DNA from: Takakia lepidozioides
Lineage: Eukaryota > Plantae > Bryophyta
Length of the DNA: 64,000 nt
NCBI GenBank assembly: GCA_030704615.1
Contig: CM060732.1
Location: 73,718,001-73,782,000, forward strand
Direction: 5' to 3'
The position numbers were made by a program, and so were the translations under genes. The notes beneath the pieces are model-generated. The model saw only the letters and a program-made list of their open reading frames with translations, had not been told where the DNA came from and ran no database searches. Shown piece by piece: positions 13,333 to 25,805 of this stretch. Each line of letters begins with the position of its first letter. Within the stretch, counting starts at the first letter, position 1.

Positions 13333-15659
13333 TGTGGAACTGGAACCGAAGGGAACAACGCGGGAGGAAGCTCATCCATGTTTTTCAGCAGTCCTGGGTA
13401 AAAACGACACTCTCGGCACCACTCTTCCATGCGGTTCATTTGGCAAGTCACCAACCCAACTGCCCGGGATGTCCCCTGGTGATGGAGAAGACGGTAACTG
13501 CAATTGGAGGCACAAGAAGGCCAGGGTCACAAAGTTTAGAACCCAGCTGCGGTTTTAGTTCCAATCTTCTTGCTTCCATATCTTCTTTTTTTCCCCTGCT
13601 AGGCAATTCAGGCACTGTCTGACTTGTCTCCCTGTTAGGTTGTGGACAACATTGTTATGGACTTCCCATCTCTCCATCCACAAGCATGCCTCCACTCCCT
13701 TATTGCCTGTACTCTCTACATCCTGCGTCAAATATTGAAAATTAGTATTCGAACAACCCTTCCTAGATACCCTAATAGCACCACTCCTCTTGAGCAAGCC
13801 TGACTTAACAACCCTTATCTTTCCCAATTTGAGAACTCACACCCCCACCAGAAAACACCCATCCTCACCTACTTTAGAGTAAGACACATAACCAAAATTA
13901 CCCAACTCGCCATAGCCACCGGTAATCAGCTCCTAATGTATTTGGAAGCAAGAAATTTGAGAAGTCGTCTATAGATAAGACCTAGCCTCCCAGGGTAGTG
14001 CGGACACAGAAATGATAAGTGGGCTGGAGCCTATGCCACAGTTGTCCGTCGGGAGCTGGGTGAAGGGCATTCGCTTGCTCCCTGTCTTTTATTGCGATCA
14101 GGCAATGTTTGGCCTTCCACTAGGAATCAACTTCGACTAAGGAATACCAGCCTTCATTGGGCTTCCACTCTGGTCTCTTAGGAATAGGGCTTCTCTCCTT
14201 CCCAAAATACTCCGTGCTTCATCTATCTCCCTCTCTTTCAACCTAGTTTAGCTAGTTTGCTATGGTTTTGGGGATGTTTCCCCTCGGTGAGCCTTCATGG
14301 CCTCCATGGTGGTTATTTTTTCCACCTTATGTGAACTCTTATTTACTTAGTTTGATTAAAAGGGCCTCTTCCCCTTTCTCTAAAAAATTATTAAAAATAA
14401 AATAAAATAAATCAAGGTTCCTTTACAAATGCAGGAACACTGGATTATACCACACCCAACAAAGCAACATGATTTGAACCCAGAACCACCTGGGTGGCAC
14501 CCAGTGGCCACTCAGTGTAGTATTGTTTTGATATGCCTATACATGGTATGGGATCCATAAACTCGTTCCACCCGGTTGACTCTGGGTTCAAACGTTCAAA
14601 CTGTGGCTCGCCTCTCCTGCTACGTGAGCTAACCTGGTTTGGTTGAAACTTGAAACGCTTCCCAACTTGAAGATGTGTCGCATTGTCACATGCATGGATA
14701 CAAGGCTTGCTTTTAATAAGCTTAACTAGACTTCCCATGCATTGTTGACCAGTCCTCACCTCACCTCCCAAAATTGTGTGTCTCTTGTCTCTTCCAATGT
14801 CGACCACGCCATCACCACACCTACTTACCCCCGCTCATGGCGGACAAATGACCCTGTAGCCTGGGGCCCTCCCAGACACTCTCTACTCTGTACATACTCT
14901 AACTCTGCACTGTCAGAATTGGTCCTGCCCTAAAAGTTGGACTCACTTGTTCTGCCATGCCGCCACCCACGTGGTGCGATGGTGCCACGTCGTCCACGCC
15001 CGACACAAGCTCGACACAGTATGAGGACGTGCGCATCAATGCAGATTTGGGCCTTGTTTAACTTATACGGTATCTTTTTTGGATCTGCTGGCAGCCTGCA
15101 TAGGTAAGTTGGACGCAGGCCCCAGTGCTACACTTTAAAATAAAATAAAAAATAAAATAAAAAATAAAAAATAAAAAATTCCAAGCCTGAGAGCCTTCGG
15201 AAGACTCGGAAAGAAGAATAGGGGGAGAAATAAGACGAGACCATCCACATAGTCCATTCATTGACTGTGGCCTGCAAGGCCTTTCTCACAGCGATTGCTT
15301 TGGCCTTGCTATTTTATAGAGACACTGTGAGACATTTGAGAGAGCTAGCTATATCTTTAGTCGGTTCCAGCATGGATGACTGTAGTTCTCTATGATGGTA
15401 TTAGATGAATTTCAATCTTCATTAGCAGAAGTTTGCATGGACTTGAGTTGGGCGCGGGCTTCTTATGTCCAGTGATGGATGAATGTATATATTCATGATT
15501 TTCCTTTTGCGCTGTGTCGAGACCACACAAAATTCAGAGGCTTCATTGTACCAACCCACGATGCATTGTTCATGCTCACCACACTCCGCTCCTCACACTC
15601 CTGCATACCTTCATTGTTACTATATCTTGAGAACCAACGTAGCCCAGCGGTAATGAGCA

Positions 15660-15838
15660 TAATAATAATATTTGACGCCTCCCCAAGTAAGCGTAAATTA
15701 TGGTGTCTTTTCATCCCCAAGGGTTATTGCGTTCCGCTAGGAAGGTGGACACCTTTGTGACACCAATTAGTGGATTGAACTCACAACCACTTCCGAGGTG
15801 GTATGTGCCCATTACCACTGGGCTACAACTTGGTTGTC
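15660..15838 (-). mobile_element. tRNA-derived SINE (same family as 3788-3960)
   Basis: Minus strand reads GACAACCAAGTTGTAGCCCAGTGGTAATGGGCAC...GTTCAATCCAC and ends in a (TAT)n tail. Confidence 0.7.
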
Positions 15839-15995
15839 AGTAATGAGCACATACCACCTCGAAAGTGGTTGTGGGTTCAATCCACCACTTGACGGGGAAA
15901 AGGTATCTAGTATCTAATATCTACCTTCCCATTGGAAGGCAGTAGTCCTTCAGGTCAAGAGACACCACAATTCATACTTCCTTGGGGAGGCATCT
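15839..15995 (+). mobile_element. 5'-clipped SINE copy, head-to-head with the previous one
   Basis: GTAATGAGCACATACCACC...GGGTTCAATCCACC...GGAAGGCAGTAGTCCTTCAGGTCAAGAGACACC matches 3811-3950. Confidence 0.7.
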
Positions 15996-16512
15996 TACTT
16001 ACTTTACTCCAACTTTTGATCATGAGAGTGAGTAACTTATGACACAAAAAAAATGTTGCTAGTGTGTTCAGAGCGTTGTGTGTGAGAGGTCGGTGCTTGC
16101 AACCACCATTCATCACCTGCCTGTCCTTGCTTTGTACCAATTTCACATTATTATTATTATTATTTACCCAATAGATAGCCCAGTGCGTAGGGCATAATAC
16201 CATTTCATATAGTGGTTGCGGGGTCAAAATCACATACCGTACCTTGGCAAGATCAGCAATCATATGTGGAATATTTATTTTATTTTGAGAATTTCATTTC
16301 AACATATGGAATATTCTTAAATATGCTTTATAATCATTCACAAAGTTCCTTAATTTCACAAAATCAATTTCCTAAAATTTCAACAATCTTTGAAATATTA
16401 AAATTTGTGTCGAAGTTGGCAAGGTACTACCGTATGTGTATTGGAAGTTGTAAAGGTGTAAAAGGCAAATAGCCTTGGGGGTTAGTCGCTCCCAGAGTCC
16501 CTGGTGTTTCCC

Positions 16513-16543
<31 letters not shown>

Positions 16544-17515
16544 TAGACTTATTATTAATTATTCATTCCGGTACTTTCATTTCCCAAAATAAGAATGAAT
16601 TAACCGTTGGATTGGAAGATGTAAGGACTGTCGTACACGTGGCCGCAGCGATGAGGGTCACGTTAGCCCCGCCACAGCCACACAGTGCGCGCCTCGTACG
16701 CCGCGGGCACCGTCACTGTGCTGCTGCCTCGCCTCGCTCTTTCTACTTGAGCCATCCAGCCCCTCCTCGTTGCTCATCTGCGCGCTTCTCTGTGCCCCTT
16801 GCTTCCTTGTCTCGGCTTGCCTGATACATAAACGGGTTTTGCTGCGGTTTGTAGTCCGACGGATCGAGGCAAAGCTGTAGATTGTGGTTGTTTACCTCCT
16901 TCTTCCTTCCCTTATTGTTTGTCGTGCTTCTCTTGCATTTGTCAGGTGTTGCCTGGTGTCGTTTGGTTTTAGTATAGGTGTCAGACGGTATCCGTCCTAT
17001 TTGCAGTGTCAAGGATCGATACTGGTTTACATGGATCGATCCTTACAGTGCGAAGGATCGATTGAGGTTTACATGTTCCTCGCTCCCCTACCTTGGCTTG
17101 ATCGCTTGTTTCACGTTGCTGCGTAGTTGTTGTAGGCTTTTTCGAGGTTTCTATCTGGTTTGCAGCATGAAATGCAGTTGAAAGTTGAATTAATGCAGCA
17201 CTGGTTGTCATGTGTTCCAAGGTGACATTTTTAGCTGCTACGCACAGCCGCTGGTCAAGGTGTCACCTTGTTACCCACCCAAGAACGACTTCCACTTAAA
17301 AGCCCTGTAGAGTTGTTGTAGAGTAGAGATAACGAAAAGATTCCTCAAATTATTGTTCTTAGTCGTTTAAGTAGATTGAGTCTCGGGTTGTCATTACAGC
17401 TGCATCTGTTGGCACTCGGAAGTAGTGAGACCGCGTTGAATGCCCTGAACGGAGGAGCTGTGATCTCTCGTAGATCTATCTTATGCACATATGGACCATC
17501 TGTGGACCCCCGCCT

Positions 17516-17738
17516 CACAAGCTTCGACGTGGTCTTCTGCCATGCCATGACGTTTTTCCTAAATGAAATGATGTTGTGGAAGAGCGCATGGGTGCAGCGT
17601 AACATCTTCATAAGTTGTTACGCTGCACCCATGTGTTCTTCCACAGTGTTGTTTGCCGGCTTTGTTGTAGTTCCGACATTAATCTGGCTGGAATTTGCGA
17701 TTTTTGTTGCCATGGAAGAAGACACGTCGAAGCTTGTG
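17516..17738 (+). ncRNA. Candidate MIRNA precursor hairpin 1
   Basis: Upper stem 17575-17604 / 17616-17645 is 30 bp fully paired (2 G:U) with an 11-nt loop. Lower stem 17516-17544 / 17711-17738 has one bulge and one mismatch. The wobbles favour the + strand. Confidence 0.6.
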
Positions 17739-18090
17739 TGGCACCTTTACGGAGGGGATGCCGAGGATGTGTCCGACATCGAGAAGAATCTGGCTGATGA
17801 ACACCCGTGTAACACTTAAGGCTATTCCTGATTCCTTTGGAGTACATACAGAAGCTCTAAACCGAAATCTGGTATAAACTAATTTTTGGTTCTGGTTATG
17901 CGTTATTTCACCCGTCAATGATGTGGTACCGAGATTACCGCATTCTGCTGTAATGTCTGACCTAAATGTGTGCTAGGATGCGGCGAATGCGAAGATCTTC
18001 AAGTTAATATTCTTTCAAGATAATATTCTCGTCTAACTTCTCAATCTTGCAGGTACATAAGTTGCTTGTCTTTCGTAGTACCCTCCGCCC

Positions 18091-18309
18091 CGCAAACTTT
18101 GACCTGGTCTTATGCCATTGCATGTGCTTTTTTATTGAAACAACATTGTGGGAGAATGCATTGTTGCAACGTGGAAGCTTGTCGCCAAGTCGCGACGATG
18201 CACCCATGTGTTTTTCCACATTATTGTTTGTTGGCCTTGGTGGTGGTATCTGTATCTCTAGTTCAAGTGATCATGCCATGGAAGAAGACCAAATCGAAGC
18301 ACGTGTGGC
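18091..18309 (+). ncRNA. Candidate MIRNA precursor hairpin 2 (paralog of hairpin 1)
   Basis: Same two-stem layout. The 3'-arm blocks TGCACCCATGTGTT(T)TTCCACA and TGCCATGGAAGAAGAC are conserved, while the 5' arms are more diverged. Confidence 0.45.
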
Positions 18310-18470
18310 AACACCACGGAAGGGATCTTCAGTGTCCCTGATATCAGATGGTTGGCCTTGGTGGTGGTATCTGTATCTCTCGTTCAAGTGATCATGCCAT
18401 GGAAGAAGACCAAATCGAAGGTTGTGTGGCAACACCACGGAAGGGATCCTTCAGTGTCCCTGATATCAGA
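18229..18470 (+). repeat. ~121-bp tandem duplication covering the 3' arm of hairpin 2
   Basis: GTTGGCCTTGGTGGTGGTATCTGTATCTC...CAGTGTCCCTGATATCAGAT occurs twice in succession. Confidence 0.9.
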
Positions 18471-21400
18471 TTGTCCTAAACTTCCGATTTCGTAGTTGAA
18501 ATTTCTCGATACACTATTCTGATGTTTGCTCCGACATCCTGGAGTAGGTTGACTGGAACACCATCTTTGACGCTGTCTTCTGCCGTGGTCAAGTAGCAAG
18601 TACATTTGGCAATTCGAGCTGTGAACACTTCTTCTCCGTAACGTTGCCAGTGTGGATTTTGATAGCTCTATTTTGACATATCGCAACCCTCATCTTTGTT
18701 GTTGCTTGCGAACAAATTGTGTCAAATACGTGAATTGATCTAGTTGAGGCATTCTTTTAAACTTCTTTTTTGCTGATCCAAATATTTATTGAATCACGAG
18801 AGAAAAAAACATTTTTTCTTCTCTGAGCCCTTAATAATGCTAAAGCTCTTTGGGTTTGGGCGAAACCTGCCAAATAGATCTATTTGATTGGTGATTTCAT
18901 AGAGGATCCGAGACATGCTGTGGAATACAATTCGATTGTTGCTCTTTCTTTCTTTGCTCCATTTGTTGTTGCTGTCTAATTGCGGTTCCTTGTTATTAGA
19001 TCCCGTAGAACTGGTTGGGATACAAGTGAAGATGTCCATGTATACACTTTTTACTTTTCTCCATTAAGATACTGTGTACTACTGGATTTGTCTATTGCCA
19101 TGCTGCTGGTGTGTCTGCATCACATACTCTCAAAACCTTACATAAACTGCTGTGTAGGATAGTAGGGCAGTGACAGCTACTACCAGCGCTTGTTTAGTGC
19201 AGATGAGGAGGAAAGAGTGCAGAGAAACACGGATTATCTAGCTAGAAGGGTTAATATCCGTAGAAGAGTCCACAAATGAGATTTTGTTCCGAAGGCGTAG
19301 TCCCTTGGATCTATCAAGGTTGCATAATTGTTTCCTGAGCAGCGAGTCACGCTTGTTCCACGGGAAACTCTGTAAATCATTTGTTTCCAGTGACCGGAAA
19401 CAAATGACGAAACATGTCTAGGTCCTGCATGATATCTCCCTCCAGCAAAATGGAAAGGTCGTGACAGCTGCTGCCATTGAACTGATGGAGGAAACGTTTT
19501 AAGTTCCTCCTAACTGGAATCTGTTTGTTGCCAAACACTTGCATTGGGCTAGCTGAAACGGTGTCACTTTGTGGGATGTTACTATTACATTGCCGTTAGA
19601 GTGTGGGCAATTCCTGTTAGGGATTCTGTGTTAGGAGGGTTTGCAATCAAATAAAAACTTCAAAATTTACATCGTTGTTTGTCACTACGTTTTCCTTCTT
19701 CGGAGCGCTCTACACCCATTGCAGCCGAAGTTTTATTTCTGTTGAGCGAACTCGGATTTGTGATTTTCCTGAGCCAAAATCCTGGATCTGAGCTGGTTAG
19801 CTAGTTGTCAGGGATGTGATGGTAGAGCACATAAGAGCAGCAGTTGTGGTTGAGAAGAGTCGCCATTGCCTGATGGAAGGTATGCAGGAGTTTTAAAGAG
19901 ATGAACTTCAATTGCATGGTCTTCGCAACTGCCGACCCTGTGGGAATTCTTGGATGAAATTCTTGGATGATGCATTTATCATGCGGAATATGGGAATGAG
20001 ATGTAATGGTTTTCCTCGTATAGAAGGGAAATTCCCCGATCCCTGGTGCAAATTCACACGAGCATCGGATAGGTTAACCTTTTGGCGATTTCTCGCCATT
20101 CGGGAAGGAGCACGGCACAGAAGCGAAATTCGAATAGAGGAAGAAATTGGGTGTTTGGGCTGATCTGCTACACCCACCTGGAGGATCTGTGGGGGGATGG
20201 TCATTCAGCTTTTCAGATTTTCTCCATGTTTAAAGGCAGATTTGGGGTTTGTAAACATACACGAGGTGGTGGAGAAGGGTGGAAGAAAGATGTTGCTTTG
20301 CAGCCCACTGAGCTTTGAGCCCTTCGTCCTTTGAAGAGAAGCCTGGGGTACAGTATACACTTCTGCACTTGCAATGAAGTTAACCATTCATCAATTTTCG
20401 ATGTAAGGAAGATGTAACCTCCTGGTGTGATTATGGTACCAGTGTCTATTGGAGTATCTCCAGGGAGCTCTTCACAAATCACTGTGGTAAGTTATGATAG
20501 ACAGATCACCCAAAACGACAGCAAGAAGATAGTGTGAGAAATTATTTGTTTTTTGCAGACAGAGCGGGGAAGAAGATTTCCTGCTATAGCTTCATCTGCG
20601 TCTTGCCCCCCAACTATCCTCTTTTGACAATGGAGACTGAAAAAGATCATTTCTTGATATACTGAACCCACTGGAGCCTCGCCCTTCCCCCCCATGTCCG
20701 GGTGTAACTGAGAAGGAGAAAGGGCAAAGTGGGAGGTATATGCAGTCCGCAGGATGGACCGACAGGAATGTTGCCAGCTGTGTCTCTTACGTTATGGATT
20801 CAGAGAGCCCAACATGACAGCAGTATCACTGTATTGAGGATCAATTTTCATAACAAATTCACATAATCAAATGCTTTATGAAGGACACTTTGCTCCTGTC
20901 ATGACTAGCTGTAGCTGTATTAGGTAAGCCAGGTTTCTCAATCCAGAGCACTATAGTCATAGATTAGGAGACTTTCTTCTCAAGAGTGAGTCACTGGTCC
21001 TATTTCATATGAAACCTGCATCGACATTGCACTAGATTGGCTGCAGGTACACTCGGTAACTCGACCCAGTGAGCATTCCTTATGTATTCCGTTGTCAGTG
21101 TGGTTTTTGATGAGCCTCCTCCTTTGACAAATTGCAACTCTCATCTATGCTAGACAGATCTATATTGCAAAGCTTTACTTAGACAGGGTGACTAAACTGT
21201 GGCTTTTGTATGCACTGCCACTGCTAGGCCACATCTAAGCATGTGCAATTGGGTGTATTTTTCATTTGTATACTTTGTAGACAAGACAATTGACTGTTGA
21301 CCTTTGTGTTGGCTGGCTGTGGCATACGGTTTGTATAATCTTCACATTGCATCTTCTGTACCATAGTTATTCCACAGGATAGAGTTGTCCATCTGATGCT

Positions 21401-21924
21401 GTGTGTGTGTGGAAGAAAAATAGAGGTTTACTTGTGTTTCCTCCATAGATGAGCTTGCTCTGTAGACATGATGGCCGGGGGCCACACCTTGCCACTTGAG
21501 TTCTTGGGAGAGACTCTCACCCCCTTGGGTGCCCATGGATGTTTCAAGCTCGAGTAGCATCTCGTGGGCTCGTTTGTAAGATTTGAGGTGAGAGTCTAAG
21601 GCCTACCTGCACTACCTGATTGCGGTTGATAATGTTAACACCTATTGCTTTGCGACCACAGGGCCCTACATCATGCATTGTCAGAATTGTTTCCGACATA
21701 GAGAAAACCAAGTCCCAATCGTCACTTCTCTGTGAAAGCACGCCCGCAGCAAGCTTAGGCGGCAGGGGCAGGAGGCACACCTCCAGCGTGCCTCGCAATG
21801 CCACACAAACCAGAACACACATAAGGGGAAAGGAGAAAGATAAAGAGAAGAAGAAAGAGAGCCAAAACAATGGATGAAGGTAGCAAAAAAATCTGAACAA
21901 TGGATGGCTGGCCTCTCTTCAAGC

Positions 21925-21954
21925 GCCACGCGGCACAGGTGGGAGATGGATAAG
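21925..21954 (+). promoter_or_regulatory. Possible light-responsive elements upstream of ferredoxin (G-box-like + I-box)
   Basis: GCCACGCGGC (21925) and GATAAG (21949), ~130-160 bp upstream of the ATG. These are short motifs and could be chance. Confidence 0.3.
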
Positions 21955-22083
21955 CGGGGCCCTTCTACTTCTTCTTCGTCTTCGCACATTCCCCATCGCT
22001 CTTCAGTCCGATTCTTTCTAGCAGCTTATACAATTTCTAGTGTAGATTCGCCCTCGAGGGCACCTTTTGACGGGTGAGAAGAG

Positions 22084-22536
22084 ATGGCAGGGGTTCTCTC
22101 GTCCAGCATTGTGCAGGTGGTCACGGTGGTTCCGTCAATATCGTGCTCGCCGGTGTCGTTGAAGAAGGCAGTGTCAGTGAAGGCAACAGGCGTGAGCAAG
22201 GCTTTCGGACTGCAGGCAAGTAGCAGGGGCCGCGTGACATGTATGGCTACCTACAAGATAACGCTAGAGACTCCTACTGGCACAGAGGTGTTAAATGTTG
22301 ATGATGATCAGTATATCCTCGACGCTGCGGAGGAAGCTGGGTTTGAGCTGCCATACTCCTGCCGTGCTGGCGCCTGCTCGTCGTGTGCGGGAAAAATTAA
22401 GCAAGGGACTGTGGACCAGTCTGATGGAAGTTTTCTGGACCCCGATCAGCTTGCGGATGGCTTTGTTCTCACCTGTGTCGCCTATCCAACCTCTGATGTG
22501 GTGATTGTGACCCACAAAGAGGAGGATTTAAACTAG
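22084..22536 (+). CDS. petF: Plastid-targeted plant-type [2Fe-2S] ferredoxin (leaf/photosynthetic type), intronless
   Basis: Ser/Val/Ala-rich transit peptide ending [10 protein letters not shown], then [45 protein letters not shown]. All four cluster Cys are present and the ORF is intact. Confidence 0.97.
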   Translation: MAGVLSSSIVQVVTVVPSISCSPVSLKKAVSVKATGVSKAFGLQASSRGRVTCMATYKITLETPTGTEVLNVDDDQYILDAAEEAGFELPYSCRAGACSSCAGKIKQGTVDQSDGSFLDPDQLADGFVLTCVAYPTSDVVIVTHKEEDLN

Positions 22537-23543
22537 GCAAGAAGAGGTTTGGAAGCTTCAGACTTCTGCTTTTGAGGGTGTACACCTTCGTGAAAGGGGT
22601 TGCACAATACTTGCGGAATGTAGTCAGTCCTATGCTGGATAATTTCCGCTGGTTGCTCGAAAGTTTGAAGGTAACTTCTGTTGCGTCATAGACTCTGCTT
22701 CACCCTCTCTTTTCAGTGTTCCTGCTACTCGCTGCTGCATCCGAGCTTTTCTTGGTAGCCACAAACCGCAAGGAGGTGTGTTGTACCTCCAGCTTCATGA
22801 TTGTTGGAATGTTCTTGACACACTCTGTTGTCCCATACTCGGGTGAGTTATAAGCTAGTGCCTCCTGAATGTGTAAGCTTCAGGTGTTGTAAGCACTTCA
22901 AGGTGGACCCTTCAGAGTATAAGATTATGTCTAGGGCAATTTCGCCACATTCTTCTTTCCCAGAGCCTCGAAGAGAGCCCCAATGCATCCATTATAGCGA
23001 GACGGTATCCCCACAGTTAACAGACCAACATAGGACTGTGTGCAATTAAGCCCAGGGCCACTGGCCGTGCAGCTTCTGTTAGAAGCTTGGCTGCATGACA
23101 AGACTCCATTGTTGCTGTACACCATATCATTTTACAGAAAGTAAAATTTGACATCTTCAATGCATACTTTTGACCTCAATGTTATTTGCAGATGCTAACT
23201 TCAGGTGTTATACGATTGTTCTAGACACTACTTGAGGGCGTTCCTTTGAACGCAATCGCTTGTGTGTTATACGATTCTGGTCTTGGAAATGTGTGCCACT
23301 GTCATGGCTTGCTCCAATTTCAGTCCGAAAGTTTGTGTGGCAGACCGAAATTTTGGGTGAACTGAAGCTCAAGCACACTGTTAAGAAAGTTTCGTGTTAT
23401 GGGCATCAGGCCAAACCAGCACCATGCCCAGCTTTTTCTTTCTTGATCATGGAAAAGTAACCACCATGGGAGGCCATGAAGGCGAAACATCACAAAAATG
23501 ATCGGGTGGCACCCAGAACAGGCCACCCAGGGGCAAGCTTTAA

Positions 23544-24365
23544 CCCTTGACTTCCTACGCCACCTGAATCGGGTCTTGACCGAAAAATGCCCACATCTTG
23601 CTGAGATTTTAATGAAATTAAACTATTCCTAAAGCAATAAATTTGCTGACAAGATAGTCCCAACCCACCAGTGGAAATGATTGCATTTGGAGTTAAACCC
23701 TGACCTGCAGATTTTTGCAAAAACCTTGGGGTTAGGTAAGTAGGCAGGGACTACCTACGTGGCAACTTTCTATTGGTGCATGCAACAGCAAGCTCTTGGC
23801 CCCACTTAAGCCTCAACACTTCAAAAATTCACCATTGGATTCCCAAAAAATTTTAACATTATGATGAGGATCATAGGAACTCATTCTCTCACCACTCGAA
23901 TAGAAACAAATCTTGGATTTCAGCACACATTTTGAGAATGTTAGAAATTCCATGTTCTGGAACATATCTAAACCCCCCAAAGAATACATACCAAGGAGCA
24001 TGTAGCATCCTTTGGCATTTTAGCATGAAATTTTGTGCTTACTTGGATATCTTGGAATAGGATATAGCTGTGGGTGCAGTTGGCCAAGAAAAAATCAACC
24101 TGAGACTGCAATTGCTTGGTCAACCTGACATTGCAGGTTTCTGAAATTCCCAAAAAGAAAACAACCCCCACCAAAATACTATAATCTTGAAAAATTTTGT
24201 GGTAAATTGTTTTGCAATTTGGTATATGGATGTATGTGGTAGGTAACCACTGATTTATAAGGTTCATATTTTTGGATGTACTATGATAGGTGGATAACTT
24301 GGTTATAGTGTCAAGGGGTAAGAAAATTGAAGGGCGAAAAAGCTCTATCTGTAAGAAGTTAAGGG
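23544..24365. mobile_element. Non-autonomous piggyBac-like element
   Basis: TTAA on both sides (23540-23543 and 24366-24369). 15-bp TIR CCCTTGACTTCCTAC / GTAAGAAGTTAAGGG with 2 mismatches. A second partial copy lies at 2207. Confidence 0.75.
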
Positions 24366-25011
24366 TTAACCTTGGAACTCAAAGCGATTCACTGTGGGAG
24401 ACACAGCAAGCTGCGAATCTGGATCGAGCTGAAAGGGAATGAGAGTCTATCTATCAGAGAGCTAAAGGGGGTAAAAAAGACACACCAACGGTTTTAAGGA
24501 GAGCGAAGGGGAACTGTGCAATAAGACAGGAACTGTTGATACAGAGCAAACTAAAAAGTTGGGGAGAGCAGCTAAATCTGAAGGCGATTAAATGTCAAAG
24601 GGGCAAGAAACGAAACAACTAGTATTGCCGAAGTACCAGCCAAAAGATGACTCCTGTGCCACAGCAGATTCCACCTGACTTACAGAAAGTCAGGTGTAGA
24701 CTCGGATGTTCCAGAGTCCGAGTCCAAGGGGTGTGAGAAACCCCGAAATCAAGGTGGTATACATCCCGCAGGGAGAGGAGTCACAGTGAGATCCGCTGCC
24801 ACATAGAAACTGCTCACTAGTAATCTGGAAAACTTCTTCACATCTCCATTTTGCGTTTAAGCGCTCGAAATTCAGGTGCGCTTCAACTTTACACACCCGG
24901 TTCTTGCAGTGCCTCCAGTTAATTTCCTCAACGTGTTCTACAGGAGAAGGCCAAGGGCAGGAGGGTCATTTCAACATTCATCTTTTGAAAATCAATGACT
25001 TGTAGGGAAAA

Positions 25012-25805
25012 CAGTAGGAATAACGTAAAATCCAGTGTTGGACTGGTATATAGGGAAGGACTAGTAGATGCACTGGTATTAGATACCGGACCAAGTCTGG
25101 TAACATTCGGGAGAATACTTGGTCATATACCAGACCAGGCTGGTATCAGTTTTCTCATACCAGCCACAATATCAGTACTCCCCCAGGCTCGTCTTCTCTG
25201 AATTACGTGTACATATGCCTACATACTTGTACTTATATACATTTAAGTTTTTGTGTATAGTAGGTTTTAAATTAATGTTTGCTATCAGATAAGAGTCTTA
25301 ATTCAAAATGGCTTTGGAATGATACTAGATTTGATATCTCATACCAGCTGGTATTGTGGTCATGATACTCATACCAGTATCTGGAAATAATAGCATCCAG
25401 CATTATGTAGACGAGACTGGTATGAAAGTTGTGTGATCCGTCTATTTTCAGGACCGGTCTGGTATGTCCTAGACTTGATACCAGAACAGGGACTGACATA
25501 CAGGGTCTGGCCGGGTATCAACCAGGGTATTAAAAAACCAACCAGGTTGCTATACTTTAGTAACACTAGAGTTAAGAACTGGAACCCCTGGTATTGGGAC
25601 TCGCAATACCCAGGTCAATACCCTACCTAGGCTGGTATTGGCAAAGGCAATACCCGTATCAGGGATAAAGACCAGTGTTCGACAGGTATATATGATTTAT
25701 CCGGATGTAACCACTGGTTATATCCAGGTCAGGGCTAAGAACCTGTAGGTTTTGTTTACCTTACCCTGACCCTTATCAAGGGTATATTGTACGTTTTCCC
25801 CAGTA
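25012..25805. mobile_element. Old non-autonomous TIR element (CACTA/CACTG-like) with dense CTGGTAT/ATACCAG motifs
   Basis: Many CTGGTAT motifs in both orientations. Degenerate ends CAGTAGGAATAACGTAAAAT / ATTGTACGTTTTCCCCAGTA. No TSD recovered. Confidence 0.4.

Noticed and set aside
19240-19256. AAGGGTTAA as the missing right end of the piggyBac-like fragment at 2207
   Set aside because: The adjacent bases do not match the TIR beyond AAGGG.
19377-19408. Perfect 12-bp hairpin TCATTTGTTTCC/GGAAACAAATGA as a terminator or ncRNA
   Set aside because: Too short and isolated to support a call in eukaryotic DNA.
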